This document shows, piece after piece, positions 1 through 10,445 of a DNA stretch of 64,000 nt. Source of the DNA: Candidatus Latescibacterota bacterium (GTDB lineage: Bacteria; Latescibacterota; UBA2968; GCA-2709665). Under the pieces are notes generated by a model, which did no database searches, had not been told where the DNA came from, and worked only from the letters and a program-made list of their open reading frames with translations. Within the stretch, counting starts at the first letter, position 1; each line of letters starts with the position of its first letter. The stretch lies in contig OZ244744.1 of the NCBI GenBank assembly GCA_965219455.1, positions 5,568,001 through 5,632,000 on the forward strand. Direction: 5' to 3'. Made by a program: the position numbers and the translations under genes.

Positions 1-42
1 GTTCGTCGATCAAGGGCACGCGCTCATGGGTCAATCGCACGT

Positions 43-168
43 ACGGGAGATTCTTCGACTCCGCTCAGAATGACATGCTTTGCAGTAACCATTGGCGAAT
101 CGTGTCGGTCACACGTTGACCAAGACTGTCATGCTGAGGAGGCCGTCAGGCCGACGAAGCATCTCCTG
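43..168. repeat. REP-like palindromic element (GAGATTCTTCGACTCCGCTCAGAATGACA ... GACGAAGCATCTCC), copy 1
   Basis: Similar ~125-bp unit at 6561-6688; the core motif recurs at ~19867-19894. Confidence 0.75.
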
Positions 169-178
169 CGGCGTCGGA

Positions 179-550
179 TCATGCATACGCGTCTGTTTCT
201 GGGATCTCCTTGACGCGCAGCACCGCCGCGACCACGGTCGACCCCATCCCCTTCATTGCGGGGTTTTCGCTCGTCGCGTCGACGAGGGCGTCATTGGCAG
301 CGTCGAGACAGACGCGCAGGCGATCCGGAATCGGTCCTTCCGTGCAGGGGTAGGTTTCCACGAAGGTCTTGACAACGATTCTGCTCGCCGTATCCCCGCT
401 GACGTGCCCCCCATCCCGTCGGCAAGCACCAGCACTTCGCCGCCGCCCACCTCGACATCACCGCCCTCGATCAGGCCGTAATCGTCCTCCTGGTTTTCCC
501 GCCCCCCGGGAATCTGCCGCGCGGCGAATCGTCCTTCCAAATTGGTTCAT
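179..550 (-). pseudogene. PP2C-family Ser/Thr protein phosphatase, frameshifted and truncated
   Basis: RENQED, VLADGMGG(H) and GMGSTVVAA motifs are spread over different frames. Frameshifts occur near 540 and in the G-run at ~408-413. Homology stops at ~205, next to the repeat. Confidence 0.8.
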
Positions 551-690
551 GGCGTTCCTCCAGTGCAACGCAAGACCGCAGCTTTTTCATGTATAGTGTC
601 GTCAATCACGGTACGTTGCGGTGTCCCTCGCCCACGGGCGCGGGGCAAGAGGGACACCACCCCCACCTCATCATGACCGTCCCAGGACGC

Positions 691-984
691 TCATTTAGGT
701 GTGTTTCCACGCTCCAAATTATTTATAAGGCGACTGATTCGATTTTCCATCCCTGCTAGGTTTGTCTCTGCGTTGTCCACCCGCGACTTTAAATTGTCCT
801 CTGCGTTGTCCACCCGCGACTTTAAATTGTCCTCTGTATGGCCAATTCGTTTCATCAGGCGACGTTCTACGTTGTCGATATGCTCGGCAAGTCGATCCTC
901 TGTACGGGCTTGCATGGTCCAGATGAAAACCATAATGGTAAGTCCTAAAGAAACCAGACTGGTAATTGTTCCGACCCGACCCAT
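691..984 (-). CDS. small membrane-anchored coiled-coil protein with 11-aa repeats
   Basis: N-terminal TM segment; DNLKSRVDNAE repeat; AAGGAAG upstream. Confidence 0.65.
   Translation of the reverse strand: MGRVGTITSLVSLGLTIMVFIWTMQARTEDRLAEHIDNVERRLMKRIGHTEDNLKSRVDNAEDNLKSRVDNAETNLAGMENRISRLINNLERGNTPK
766..836. repeat. 33-bp tandem repeat, 2 perfect copies plus a partial copy
   Basis: ctctgcgttgtccacccgcgactttaaattgtc at 766-798 and 799-831. Confidence 0.95.
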
Positions 985-1323
985 AGTGACTTCCTTTCAC
1001 TTAACGTGTGAGAACAAGCCGCGGAGGACGGTAACGCACGGCCGTTCGTTGAGTAATAGCGATCTTCAAACATTCGCAGAGAGATATTGTCGAACAATTC
1101 ACCGGACGTACTAAGGTTTGGGGCTGTCAGGATTTTTGTGTAAGTAGTGTTGGTGGATTAATGAAAAGGCACGCAATCTTCGTACACGATGGCGAAGCGA
1201 TTCAGTGCGACTTTCGAGCTGGTTATGGGTTTGGTCCATTGTTTGCCGACGTTGTGAAGGGCCAGAAACAGTAGCTCGATGGCGGTTCCATCGGACCTGG
1301 CTCCCTTACTTTTCCACATCGCT

Positions 1324-1944
1324 TCAGGCTTCGTTGTCGGTTTCCGTTACGCTGAACTTGATCTTATACCTTCCTTCTTTTTCCTCACCTGAGATACAGA
1401 GTTCCTCTTGGTCCGTATGTTTGAATTTGTGCGATCCTCTGAACAGGACTTTATCACTCCCTGCAATCTTTCTCAGGAGCAGAGCGTGCACATCGTCTGC
1501 AGCACCTCCCAAAGGTAGGGATAGGCCCGAATCACCTGGGATATGGCCCTTTATCTTTCCGATTACAGCTCCTACAAACCCCTTGGTGAGTTTCTCAAAC
1601 CTTTCCCAAGTACCTTTCCTGTCGACATCGAACACCGTGAACTGAATAGAGTGAAGACTTTTTCCATTAACCCTTTGGATATGCTGATCCCATTCGCCGA
1701 CCCTAACCATATCGAATTGAACGTATCTTTCCGTGTCATCACCACGAACATAGTTCGGCTCGCCGTATTTATCATTGGCGCACTCCCAAAACGCATGCAG
1801 GCTCGGCATAACCCGACTTTTTTCGTCGAGCTGGTTGTCTTCGTTGACGAACCTCAAGTCCACAACAAACCGAAAGTTGGCGGATTTGTCGGACAACTCT
1901 TTGGGAAATAGAAACTTTTTGAGAGTGAGTTCAAACGTTTTCAT
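1324..1944 (-). CDS. hypothetical protein (lower GC)
   Basis: Long ORF with an AGGAGG RBS before ATG at 1944. Confidence 0.7.
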   Translation of the reverse strand: MKTFELTLKKFLFPKELSDKSANFRFVVDLRFVNEDNQLDEKSRVMPSLHAFWECANDKYGEPNYVRGDDTERYVQFDMVRVGEWDQHIQRVNGKSLHSIQFTVFDVDRKGTWERFEKLTKGFVGAVIGKIKGHIPGDSGLSLPLGGAADDVHALLLRKIAGSDKVLFRGSHKFKHTDQEELCISGEEKEGRYKIKFSVTETDNEA

Positions 1945-2034
1945 GTGAGATCCCTCCTTAGACCGCGAAACGGCAGTGAATTTTGCGAACCGCGTCATTG
2001 ATGACCTGCGGCGGTGATCGATCCTACCACAGTC

Positions 2035-2268
2035 CTATTTCTCCGCGAATTTTTGTACTGCTTTAGGCGCAAAGGCAGCCACTAAGAAATACAGAACAAG
2101 CTCTGTCTTGCCTGCACTCGATCCCAATTCAAATATCTCCACTGCTGCCAATCCGCCTGCAATTAACAACGCCAACATGGACATTAGCCGCATAGACGAC
2201 GGGTTCCCGTCACCATCCGACAAATATCTTTTGCATTTGGTGGGATTGCTTGTCTGAATGTCGCACAT
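2035..2268 (-). CDS. small two-TM membrane protein, possibly holin-like
   Basis: GGAGG RBS; SSMRLMS-TM...TM-APKAVQKFAEK. Confidence 0.6.
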   Translation of the reverse strand: MCDIQTSNPTKCKRYLSDGDGNPSSMRLMSMLALLIAGGLAAVEIFELGSSAGKTELVLYFLVAAFAPKAVQKFAEK

Positions 2269-2769
2269 ATTGAATCCTCCTGACGATTTTAGAGACAACT
2301 CACCAAGTGAAGACACTTACGTTACTACCAAAGCATGCCGAATTTGAGGCACGTTTACGGTTACACTGAATTGCATTATTACGTCTAAATTGCACTCCTT
2401 TCCGAACTAGAGGCCAGAGGTCCGCCCGCCTTGAAATTGCCTCTTATTACCTGGAGCAGTAAATAGTTGACATCTATTGCGCCTGCTACGGTGGAGAGGA
2501 ACTTGCCCAAACGGGGACGCTGAGCTTGTCGAAGCGCCCGCGTTTCGGCACGTTTTTTCCTTCGCCGACCCTTCGACAAGCTCAGGGAGCGGCCCAGGGT
2601 GCCGGGTCAATGTTGTTGACAAAAGGTAAACTATCGGGTGCTCCCCGTGATATCTCACCTCCCGCTTCTCGTTTCGTCTGCACCGTCACACAGTTCATTG
2701 ATTTTCCGGTCTTGCTGTTCGCCTTTTGCTTCAAGCTGAATGCTGACGGCTGTACGCTGACGGCTTGTT

Positions 2770-5460
2770 TTACGGTGTAAGCGTCCGGGCAACTCGGAAG
2801 CCATTAATGATGATCCGCCACCGGTTAGGTTTCTCGAGGCCAAGCGCCCATTGGAACAGGTTTGAGCCCTCGAGCTTGCCACGAGCCGCCGAACGGAGAC
2901 CCCCGGGTCCGTGCAACCACGAACCGCCGCGAAACACGCGCCTTGAACAGTTACCGTGTTCCCACGCCGTTCCATCTGCAGGCGCTCCTGTATAACTGTC
3001 GTTCCAGCAGTCCTCCACCCACTCCGACACGTTCCCGTGAACGTCATATAGACCCCACGCATTGACGTTGAAACTACCTACAGATACCGTCTTTTCCCGA
3101 TACATGCCCTTGCGACCACCGCCATAGGTGTAGTCGCCATCGTAATTCGCTTGAGATGTCGAAATCGTCGTACCAAAATGAAACGGGGTCGTTGTTCCCG
3201 CACGCGCCACGTACTCCCATTCCGACTCACTCAACAGGCGGTACTGTTTACCCGTCCTTTGCGACAGCCATCGCACGTACGACTGCGCGTCGTTCCAACT
3301 CACGTTAATCACCGGCCGATTCCCGCGACCCCATCGCTTATCTTTCGGACGATGTCCTCCACAACCCCCGGCAGACACGCACGCATCCCATTCCGCAAAC
3401 GTCACCTCATACACACCCACCGAGAACCGATAGTCGATCCGCACACGATGCCGTGGACCCTCATCATCGTCACGCCCCGCCTCACTTCCGGGAGATCCCA
3501 TCATGAACGATCCCGATGGTACCACCACGATCTGGGGACATTCCGCACAGTCCCTGAATACCCTGCCTACTGCGTATTCACGCGCTTTTAATAATCGTCC
3601 CGTCAACTCCGACATCACTGACTCATCCATGTCAATTGCCCGCAGCGAATCCAAATACGCTCCCGCCTTATCCAATGCCTCTTCTTCCAGCGCTTCCTCA
3701 AACTTCCTCTTATATTCCGCAATTTTGTCCTGACGTAGACGTTCTGCCTCCTCTTCAGCCAGCCTTGCCATTTCCGCTTCCTGACGCCGCCGTTCGGCTT
3801 CCTGATGACGCTGTTCCGCCTCACGCGCCGCAGACAGGCGACCTGCCAACTCTGACAATAGGGGAGCAGATGCATTCACAGCACGTAGCGAATCCACGTA
3901 ACGACCAGCGGTATCGAAATCCTTCCGGCCCAGTGACTGATTATATTTTCCCTTGTATTCCGCCAATTTATCCTGGCGTAGACGTTCCGCCTTCTCGGCG
4001 GCCAACAGTGCGCGTTGCTTCTCCTGACGCCGTTGTTCCGCTACACGCGCCGCGGACAGGCGATCTTCCACGCCCGCCAATGCCGGCGCGTCGGCCCACA
4101 CACCCCATATCCGCGACACGTACTCATCCGCCTTATCGAAATCCTTCTCCCGCACCGACGCCTCGAACTTCGCCACGTAACGCCCGATCACGCTATCCAG
4201 ACCGGCGCTCGCTTGCTTGTGGCCGGGGTCCAATGCCAACACGGCCTGGTATTTCTCCCACGCATTGTTGCCCGCAGGACTCGTCAGACGATCCTGCACC
4301 AAGTCTTCAACAGCACCGGACATTAACGCGGATATCTTCGCATCCTGTTCCGCTTCTTGCGCCGGCCGACGCCGATCCGGACGATGGATGTTCTCATAGT
4401 AGTAATAGCCACCTCCGATCAGAAGCGCGAACACGCACAAGACCGCAGCGAACACCGCCCCGGTGCGTTTCCTTTTCCGCCTGACGGGTGGTATAACCGC
4501 CCGTCCGCTCCGCCTTGGTGCCACGGGGCGACCCTTAGCGGGCTCTGCGGCTGGACGCGGTTTCTTCGCGGTGCCCGGCGTCTTTCCGGAAAGCGCACTA
4601 CGCCACGCGCCCACGCTCTGCGGGCGGTCCCCCTCATCCACCTTCAACGCCCAATCTACCGCCGCCAGAAATCCTGCGCTCGCCTGACCCACGCCACACT
4701 CGGCCACGGGCGTCAATGGATCATTGCGCACCCGATCCGTCGCATCGTCCGGGACGCGACCCGTCAGCGCGTGGTAGCACACCGCGCCCAGCGCGTAAAC
4801 GTCCGTCCAGGGTCCCTGGTCGCCGCGACTGGAATACTGCTCGATCGGCGCGTAGCCCGGCGTGATAATCGACGTGACAGATCGGCTGCGCGAACCGATC
4901 GCCTGCCGCGCCGCGCCGAAGTCCAGCAGCACCGGCGACCTGTCTTCGTCACGGATGATGATATTACCGGGCTTGACGTCGCGGTGCAGAAAGTCAGCCC
5001 CGTGCACCAGCTCCAGGCCGTCCAGGATCGGATAGAGGATGGCCTTAAGATCCTCTTCGTTCAACGTCTTTCTGCTTCTCAGGACCTGGGAAAGCGTCTC
5101 CCCCTCGGCGTATTCCATCACGATATACGCCGTGCCGTGCGCCTCGAAAAACCGATACACGCCTATAATGTTGGGATGGTGGAAGCGGGCAAGGGTGCGC
5201 GCCTCGTCCAGGAATCGTTCCAGGCCCCACTCGAAGTCACCCCGGAACTGGCTCGCTTTCGGGACCACGCTGTTGTCGCCCGTGCGCGCGGCGATATCGT
5301 CCGGGAGATATTCCTTGACCGCAACCCCTTTGTCCAGGTTGTGGTCAAAACCCAGATACGTCATCCCGAAGCCGCCGAAACCGAGAACCCGCACGAGTTC
5401 GTATTCCTGCAGCCGATAGCCCTGGGGCAGGGCGTTAAGAGGATGTTGCGCGTCGTTCAT
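2770..5460 (-). CDS. Ser/Thr protein kinase - TM - helical stalk - FGE-sulfatase/CLec domain (K1)
   Basis: Kinase motifs GFGGFG, VAVKE, HRDVKPGN, DFG, GYAPIEQ; a TM helix; FGE motifs LLSESEWEYVARAG, GLYDVHGNVSEW, RGGSW, GFRVAR. Confidence 0.95.
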   Translation of the reverse strand: MNDAQHPLNALPQGYRLQEYELVRVLGFGGFGMTYLGFDHNLDKGVAVKEYLPDDIAARTGDNSVVPKASQFRGDFEWGLERFLDEARTLARFHHPNIIGVYRFFEAHGTAYIVMEYAEGETLSQVLRSRKTLNEEDLKAILYPILDGLELVHGADFLHRDVKPGNIIIRDEDRSPVLLDFGAARQAIGSRSRSVTSIITPGYAPIEQYSSRGDQGPWTDVYALGAVCYHALTGRVPDDATDRVRNDPLTPVAECGVGQASAGFLAAVDWALKVDEGDRPQSVGAWRSALSGKTPGTAKKPRPAAEPAKGRPVAPRRSGRAVIPPVRRKRKRTGAVFAAVLCVFALLIGGGYYYYENIHRPDRRRPAQEAEQDAKISALMSGAVEDLVQDRLTSPAGNNAWEKYQAVLALDPGHKQASAGLDSVIGRYVAKFEASVREKDFDKADEYVSRIWGVWADAPALAGVEDRLSAARVAEQRRQEKQRALLAAEKAERLRQDKLAEYKGKYNQSLGRKDFDTAGRYVDSLRAVNASAPLLSELAGRLSAAREAEQRHQEAERRRQEAEMARLAEEEAERLRQDKIAEYKRKFEEALEEEALDKAGAYLDSLRAIDMDESVMSELTGRLLKAREYAVGRVFRDCAECPQIVVVPSGSFMMGSPGSEAGRDDDEGPRHRVRIDYRFSVGVYEVTFAEWDACVSAGGCGGHRPKDKRWGRGNRPVINVSWNDAQSYVRWLSQRTGKQYRLLSESEWEYVARAGTTTPFHFGTTISTSQANYDGDYTYGGGRKGMYREKTVSVGSFNVNAWGLYDVHGNVSEWVEDCWNDSYTGAPADGTAWEHGNCSRRVFRGGSWLHGPGGLRSAARGKLEGSNLFQWALGLEKPNRWRIIINGFRVARTLTP

Positions 5461-5550
5461 GGTGGTAACCTCACGGTTTGTTCAATTGCGAAACCAATCC
5501 GGGGAGGGCAAGATGCCCTCGGTCCCGGGTAGAAGCGGTCAGCGATCAGC

Positions 5551-6307
<757 letters not shown>

Positions 6308-6560
6308 AGGAAGCAGACAGCTACAACCGGTTAACGATGCGGACATGCAAATTCGATCAGCGACGTCTGCGCCAACACGTGGGCAACCACAAGGGTTGCC
6401 CCTACAGCTTCAAAGACGGCGCTACGAGGGCAGGGATGCCCTCGATCCCGGGGGAACCTCGCGGGCAGAAACTCTCGCCCATATATCTCAGCGGCTACCG
6501 TCGATGCGTCCGCGCACAGGTTCGAATACTATGGTTTGTGGTAGAGGTACTATCGCGGAA

Positions 6561-6688
6561 ACGGGAGATTCTTCGACTTCGCTCAGAATGACATGTCTAT
6601 TAACAACCATCGGCCAGATGCATTGGCCATTCGTTGGCTCGGACTTCCATGCCTGAGGAAGCTTGCAGGCTGACGAAGCATCTCCTGA
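6561..6688. repeat. REP-like palindromic element, copy 2
   Basis: Matches 43-168. Confidence 0.75.
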
Positions 6689-6766
6689 TACATATCAACT
6701 ACAATCCCGCTGTGACAACGCTTTACCCGAAAGGCTGATTCGGGTATTATTATCCGTAAATTCGCT

Positions 6767-7180
6767 TTGAATTTGCTACGAATTGAAAGACATAATCGTG
6801 CCGGCAGACACCAATCCAACCACGCGATACAGAGGGATTCCGGGACAGGTCAACACACCCCTGGTATTCTTTCCCTGGCGCTTCTGGTCATTGAAGGTAT
6901 CATTGGATTTACTCTCGTCAATTCCAGACTCGACGCTGTACAACAATTCAACGTGATCTTGATCATGGCCGCCTTGTTTATGGCCGTTATCCTTGTTGTT
7001 GCGTATATTACGGTGAAATATCCGCTGAACTTAATGGATAAAGTGAACGAGAGCCTGGGACGCAATGAACTAATGGAAAAATACCTTGAAAGTGACGCGT
7101 TTAGAGACACTGTCGCAGATATCGTAGATGACATAGTCAAGAGGTCGCAGCCCGCGGAGGAGAAAAATGGATCTGAATGA
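6767..7180 (+). CDS. two-TM hypothetical membrane protein (start uncertain)
   Basis: Two hydrophobic helices; overlaps the start of the next gene. Confidence 0.55.
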   Translation: MNLLRIERHNRAGRHQSNHAIQRDSGTGQHTPGILSLALLVIEGIIGFTLVNSRLDAVQQFNVILIMAALFMAVILVVAYITVKYPLNLMDKVNESLGRNELMEKYLESDAFRDTVADIVDDIVKRSQPAEEKNGSE

Positions 7181-7436
7181 ACGGGAGACAATAAAGGATA
7201 TCGTCAGAGTCATCTATCACTCGAACGGTGACTGGCGCACACCCGGGGGTATAGCGCGAGACCTTGGAATCTCGTCTGAAACGGTGACCCACGTTGTCAA
7301 AAGCCATCCCGATTTCTTCATTATGGCGAGTGACGGACGGGTGAAATATGCGCTTCGACCCGCTGGTCTCGATCCGGTATCGCTTACTGAAAGCGCGCGA
7401 AGACAATATACCCAGGGGATGGCGCCGACTTCCTGA
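7167..7436 (+). CDS. small winged-helix/HTH-like protein, copy A
   Basis: WRTPGGIARDLGISSETVTHVV HTH-like segment; GGAGGAG RBS. Confidence 0.65.
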   Translation: MDLNERETIKDIVRVIYHSNGDWRTPGGIARDLGISSETVTHVVKSHPDFFIMASDGRVKYALRPAGLDPVSLTESARRQYTQGMAPTS

Positions 7437-7557
7437 CGATAGACGCTGAGGCCATCCTTCCCGTCTCGCGCGATCGGTCGCATCGACCATAAAGTGGCTG
7501 TAGACTTTCTGCTGATTGCTGATCTTGCGCGGACGACCCGTTCGAAACAGGTAGAAA

Positions 7558-7827
7558 ATGGATCCAGGTAAGCGAGAAGCCATAAAGGATATCGTCAGCG
7601 TTATCTTTCACTCGAACGGTGACTGGCGTACGCCCGGGGGCATTGCGAGAGATCTCGGAATCTCGTCTGAAACGGTGACCCACGTCGTCAAAAGCCATCC
7701 CGATTTCTTCATTCTGGCGAGCGACGGACGGGTGAAATATGCTATCCGTCTCGGCGGTTACGACGGCGTGTCGCTAACCGAGCGTGCGCCTGACCTGTAC
7801 CGCAGTGAGTTGACGCTGAGTTCCTGA
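7558..7827 (+). CDS. small winged-helix/HTH-like protein, copy B
   Basis: Near-identical to 7167-7436 over ~60 aa, with a divergent C-terminus. Confidence 0.65.
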   Translation: MDPGKREAIKDIVSVIFHSNGDWRTPGGIARDLGISSETVTHVVKSHPDFFILASDGRVKYAIRLGGYDGVSLTERAPDLYRSELTLSS

Positions 7828-7996
7828 CCCCTCGACGCTGATTCTCACCCACGTCCCGGTGTATACTTGCCGTTTCTCGCTTTTCGCGTCCACCATCTCG
7901 GTTATCGCTGTTTCTGCGCCGCCTGTGGGCCTGTTGATTTTCGGGTTTCGCTGTTCGCCTTATGCTTCAAGCTGAATGCTGAAGGCTGTACGCTGA

Positions 7997-10231
7997 CTAC
8001 TGCTTTTCGATCGTCCGGGCAACACGGAATCCGAGGTCTTTATAGCGGCTATTGGACCCCAACCTCAGGCGCTCCGCCGAGCGAAGGCTTCCTGGTTCGA
8101 CGTGACAAGAACCGCCACGAAAGACGCGCATCTCGCAGTTACCAGATTCCCACGCAGAACCGTCCGCAGGGGCGCCCGTATAGCTGTCGTTCCAGCAGTC
8201 TTGAACCCACTCCCATACGTTTCCGTACACGTCATACAGACCCCACGCATTGGCCGAAAAGGAACCCGCAGGCGCCGTCTTTTCATCGTCCCATCGACTG
8301 CCGCAGCCATCGCAATTCGCGCGGTTGTGCCCAATCTCATTCCCCCAGTTATACCTCGTCGTCGTTCCCGCACGCGCCACGTACTCCCACTCCGATTCGC
8401 TCAGCAAGCGATACCTTTCTCCCGTCCTCTGTGACAACCACCGTACGTACGACTGCACGTGCCCCCAATTCACGTGCATCACCGGGCGATTACCGCGGCC
8501 CCAGCCTTCATCATCCGGTCGATATTCCGCGCAACCACCGGCATTCGCGCATGCGTCCCACTCGGCAAACGTGACTTCATTTACACCCACTGCGAACCGA
8601 TAACCGAACACCACGCGATGCCGTGGACTCTCGTCATCGTCACGTCCCGACTCCCCATCCGGAGACCCCATCAAGAACGAGCCCGACGGTACCACCACCA
8701 TCTCCGGACATTCTGCGCAGTCCCTGAATTTCCTGCCGACTCGCCGCCGTTCCTTGCGCAGCCTCTCCGCCTCCTCCGCTGCCAGCCGCGTCTTGTCCGC
8801 TTTGCGCGCCTCCGACAGCCGATCTAACAAGCTCGATAACACCGGCGCATCGGCCCACACACCCCGGATCTGGTATACGTATTCATCAGCCTTATCAAAC
8901 TCCTTCTTCTTTAGCGATTTGGCAAACTTCGTCACATAGCGGCCAATTACGCTGTCCAGACCGGCACTCGCTTCTCGGTGACCCGGCGCCAGGGCCAATA
9001 CCGCATGGTATTTCTCCCAGGCATTGTTGCCTGCCGGACTCGTCAGCCGGTCCCGCGCCAGGTCTTCGCCCGCGCCTGACAATAGCTCGAAGACCCTCGC
9101 TTCACGTTCACGATCGGGTTCGTAGATGTATTTGTAATAGCTATAGGCGCCAGCCATTACAAGACAAGACAGGCACACAATCCCGACAATCTTCCTATGC
9201 ATTCCCTTCCGGCGAGCTTCCCGCTGCTTGCCGCCACCCTCACCCTCCGCAGGTTTACAAACCTCGTCTCCGATCCGGTCGCTTTGCCGGTGCTCCACAC
9301 CATTCCCGGTCTCCTCCGGCTCAACCGGCGATTTCCTCTCGCTGTCCGGCGTCTTTCCGGAAAGCGCGGCGCGCCAGGCGGCCACGCTCTGCGGGCGGTC
9401 CCCCTCATCCACCTTCAACGCCCAATCTATCGCCGCCAGAAATCCTGCGCTTGCCTGGCCCACGCATCGCTCGGCCACCGGCGTCAATGGATCGTTCCGC
9501 ACCCTGTCCGACGCATCGTCCGGGACGCGACCGGTCAACGCGTGGTAGCACACGGCGCCCAGCGCGTAAACGTCCGTCCAGGGTCCCTGGTCGCCGCGAC
9601 TGGAATACTGCTCGATGGGCGCGTAGCCCGGCGTGATGATCGACGTGACCGAGCGGCTGCGCGACCCGATCGCCTGACGCGCCGCGCCGAAGTCCAGCAG
9701 CACCGGCAACGTGTCTTCGGCACGGATGATGATATTTCCCGGTTTGACGTCACGGTGCAGAAAGTCAGCCCCGTGCACCAGCTCCAGACCGTCCAGGATC
9801 GGATACAGGATCGCCCTGAGTTCACCCTCCTTTAAAGTGTGTTTGCGTGCCAGGTACGCCGAAAGGGTCTCCCCCTCGGCGTATTCCATCACGATATACG
9901 CCGTGCCGTGCGCCTCGAAAAACCGATACACTTTAACAATGTTGCGATGGTCGAATCTGGCAACGACGCGCGCCTCATCCAGGAATCGTTCCAGGCCCCA
10001 CGCGAAGTCACCCCGAAACTGGCTCGCTTTCGGGACCACGCTGTTATCGCCCGTGCGCGCGGCGATATCGTCCGGGAGATATTCCTTGACCGCAACCCCT
10101 TTGTCCAGGTTGTGGTCAAAACCCAGATACGTCATCCCGAAACCGCCGAAACCGAGAACCCGCACCAGTTCGTATTCCTGCAGCCGATACCCCTGGGGCA
10201 GGGCGTTCAAGGGGTGTTGCGATTCGTTCAT
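7997..10231 (-). CDS. Ser/Thr kinase - TM - stalk - FGE-sulfatase/CLec domain (K2)
   Basis: Same kinase and FGE motifs as K1; RGGSW is changed to RGGSC. Confidence 0.95.
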   Translation of the reverse strand: MNESQHPLNALPQGYRLQEYELVRVLGFGGFGMTYLGFDHNLDKGVAVKEYLPDDIAARTGDNSVVPKASQFRGDFAWGLERFLDEARVVARFDHRNIVKVYRFFEAHGTAYIVMEYAEGETLSAYLARKHTLKEGELRAILYPILDGLELVHGADFLHRDVKPGNIIIRAEDTLPVLLDFGAARQAIGSRSRSVTSIITPGYAPIEQYSSRGDQGPWTDVYALGAVCYHALTGRVPDDASDRVRNDPLTPVAERCVGQASAGFLAAIDWALKVDEGDRPQSVAAWRAALSGKTPDSERKSPVEPEETGNGVEHRQSDRIGDEVCKPAEGEGGGKQREARRKGMHRKIVGIVCLSCLVMAGAYSYYKYIYEPDREREARVFELLSGAGEDLARDRLTSPAGNNAWEKYHAVLALAPGHREASAGLDSVIGRYVTKFAKSLKKKEFDKADEYVYQIRGVWADAPVLSSLLDRLSEARKADKTRLAAEEAERLRKERRRVGRKFRDCAECPEMVVVPSGSFLMGSPDGESGRDDDESPRHRVVFGYRFAVGVNEVTFAEWDACANAGGCAEYRPDDEGWGRGNRPVMHVNWGHVQSYVRWLSQRTGERYRLLSESEWEYVARAGTTTRYNWGNEIGHNRANCDGCGSRWDDEKTAPAGSFSANAWGLYDVYGNVWEWVQDCWNDSYTGAPADGSAWESGNCEMRVFRGGSCHVEPGSLRSAERLRLGSNSRYKDLGFRVARTIEKQ

Positions 10232-10445
10232 GGTGATATCCTCAAAGCGTCTCCAACTCCCTGATCAGCCCTACGCTGGCAATGACATCCGCCAACCGAC
10301 CGCACCTACGGAAATGCTAGCAGCTGTCCGCAAATCCAGAGTTTTATCGGGATTCCCCCGGTTTTACCTCGGACATTACGTCCGCGTGCGGGCGTATTTA
10401 ATGCTTCAAGCTTTTTGCTAAGCGCTTACAGCTTGTTTGCCAGTT

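Noticed and set aside
766-836. CRISPR-like repeat
   Set aside because: Contiguous in-frame tandem copies with no spacers and no cas genes.
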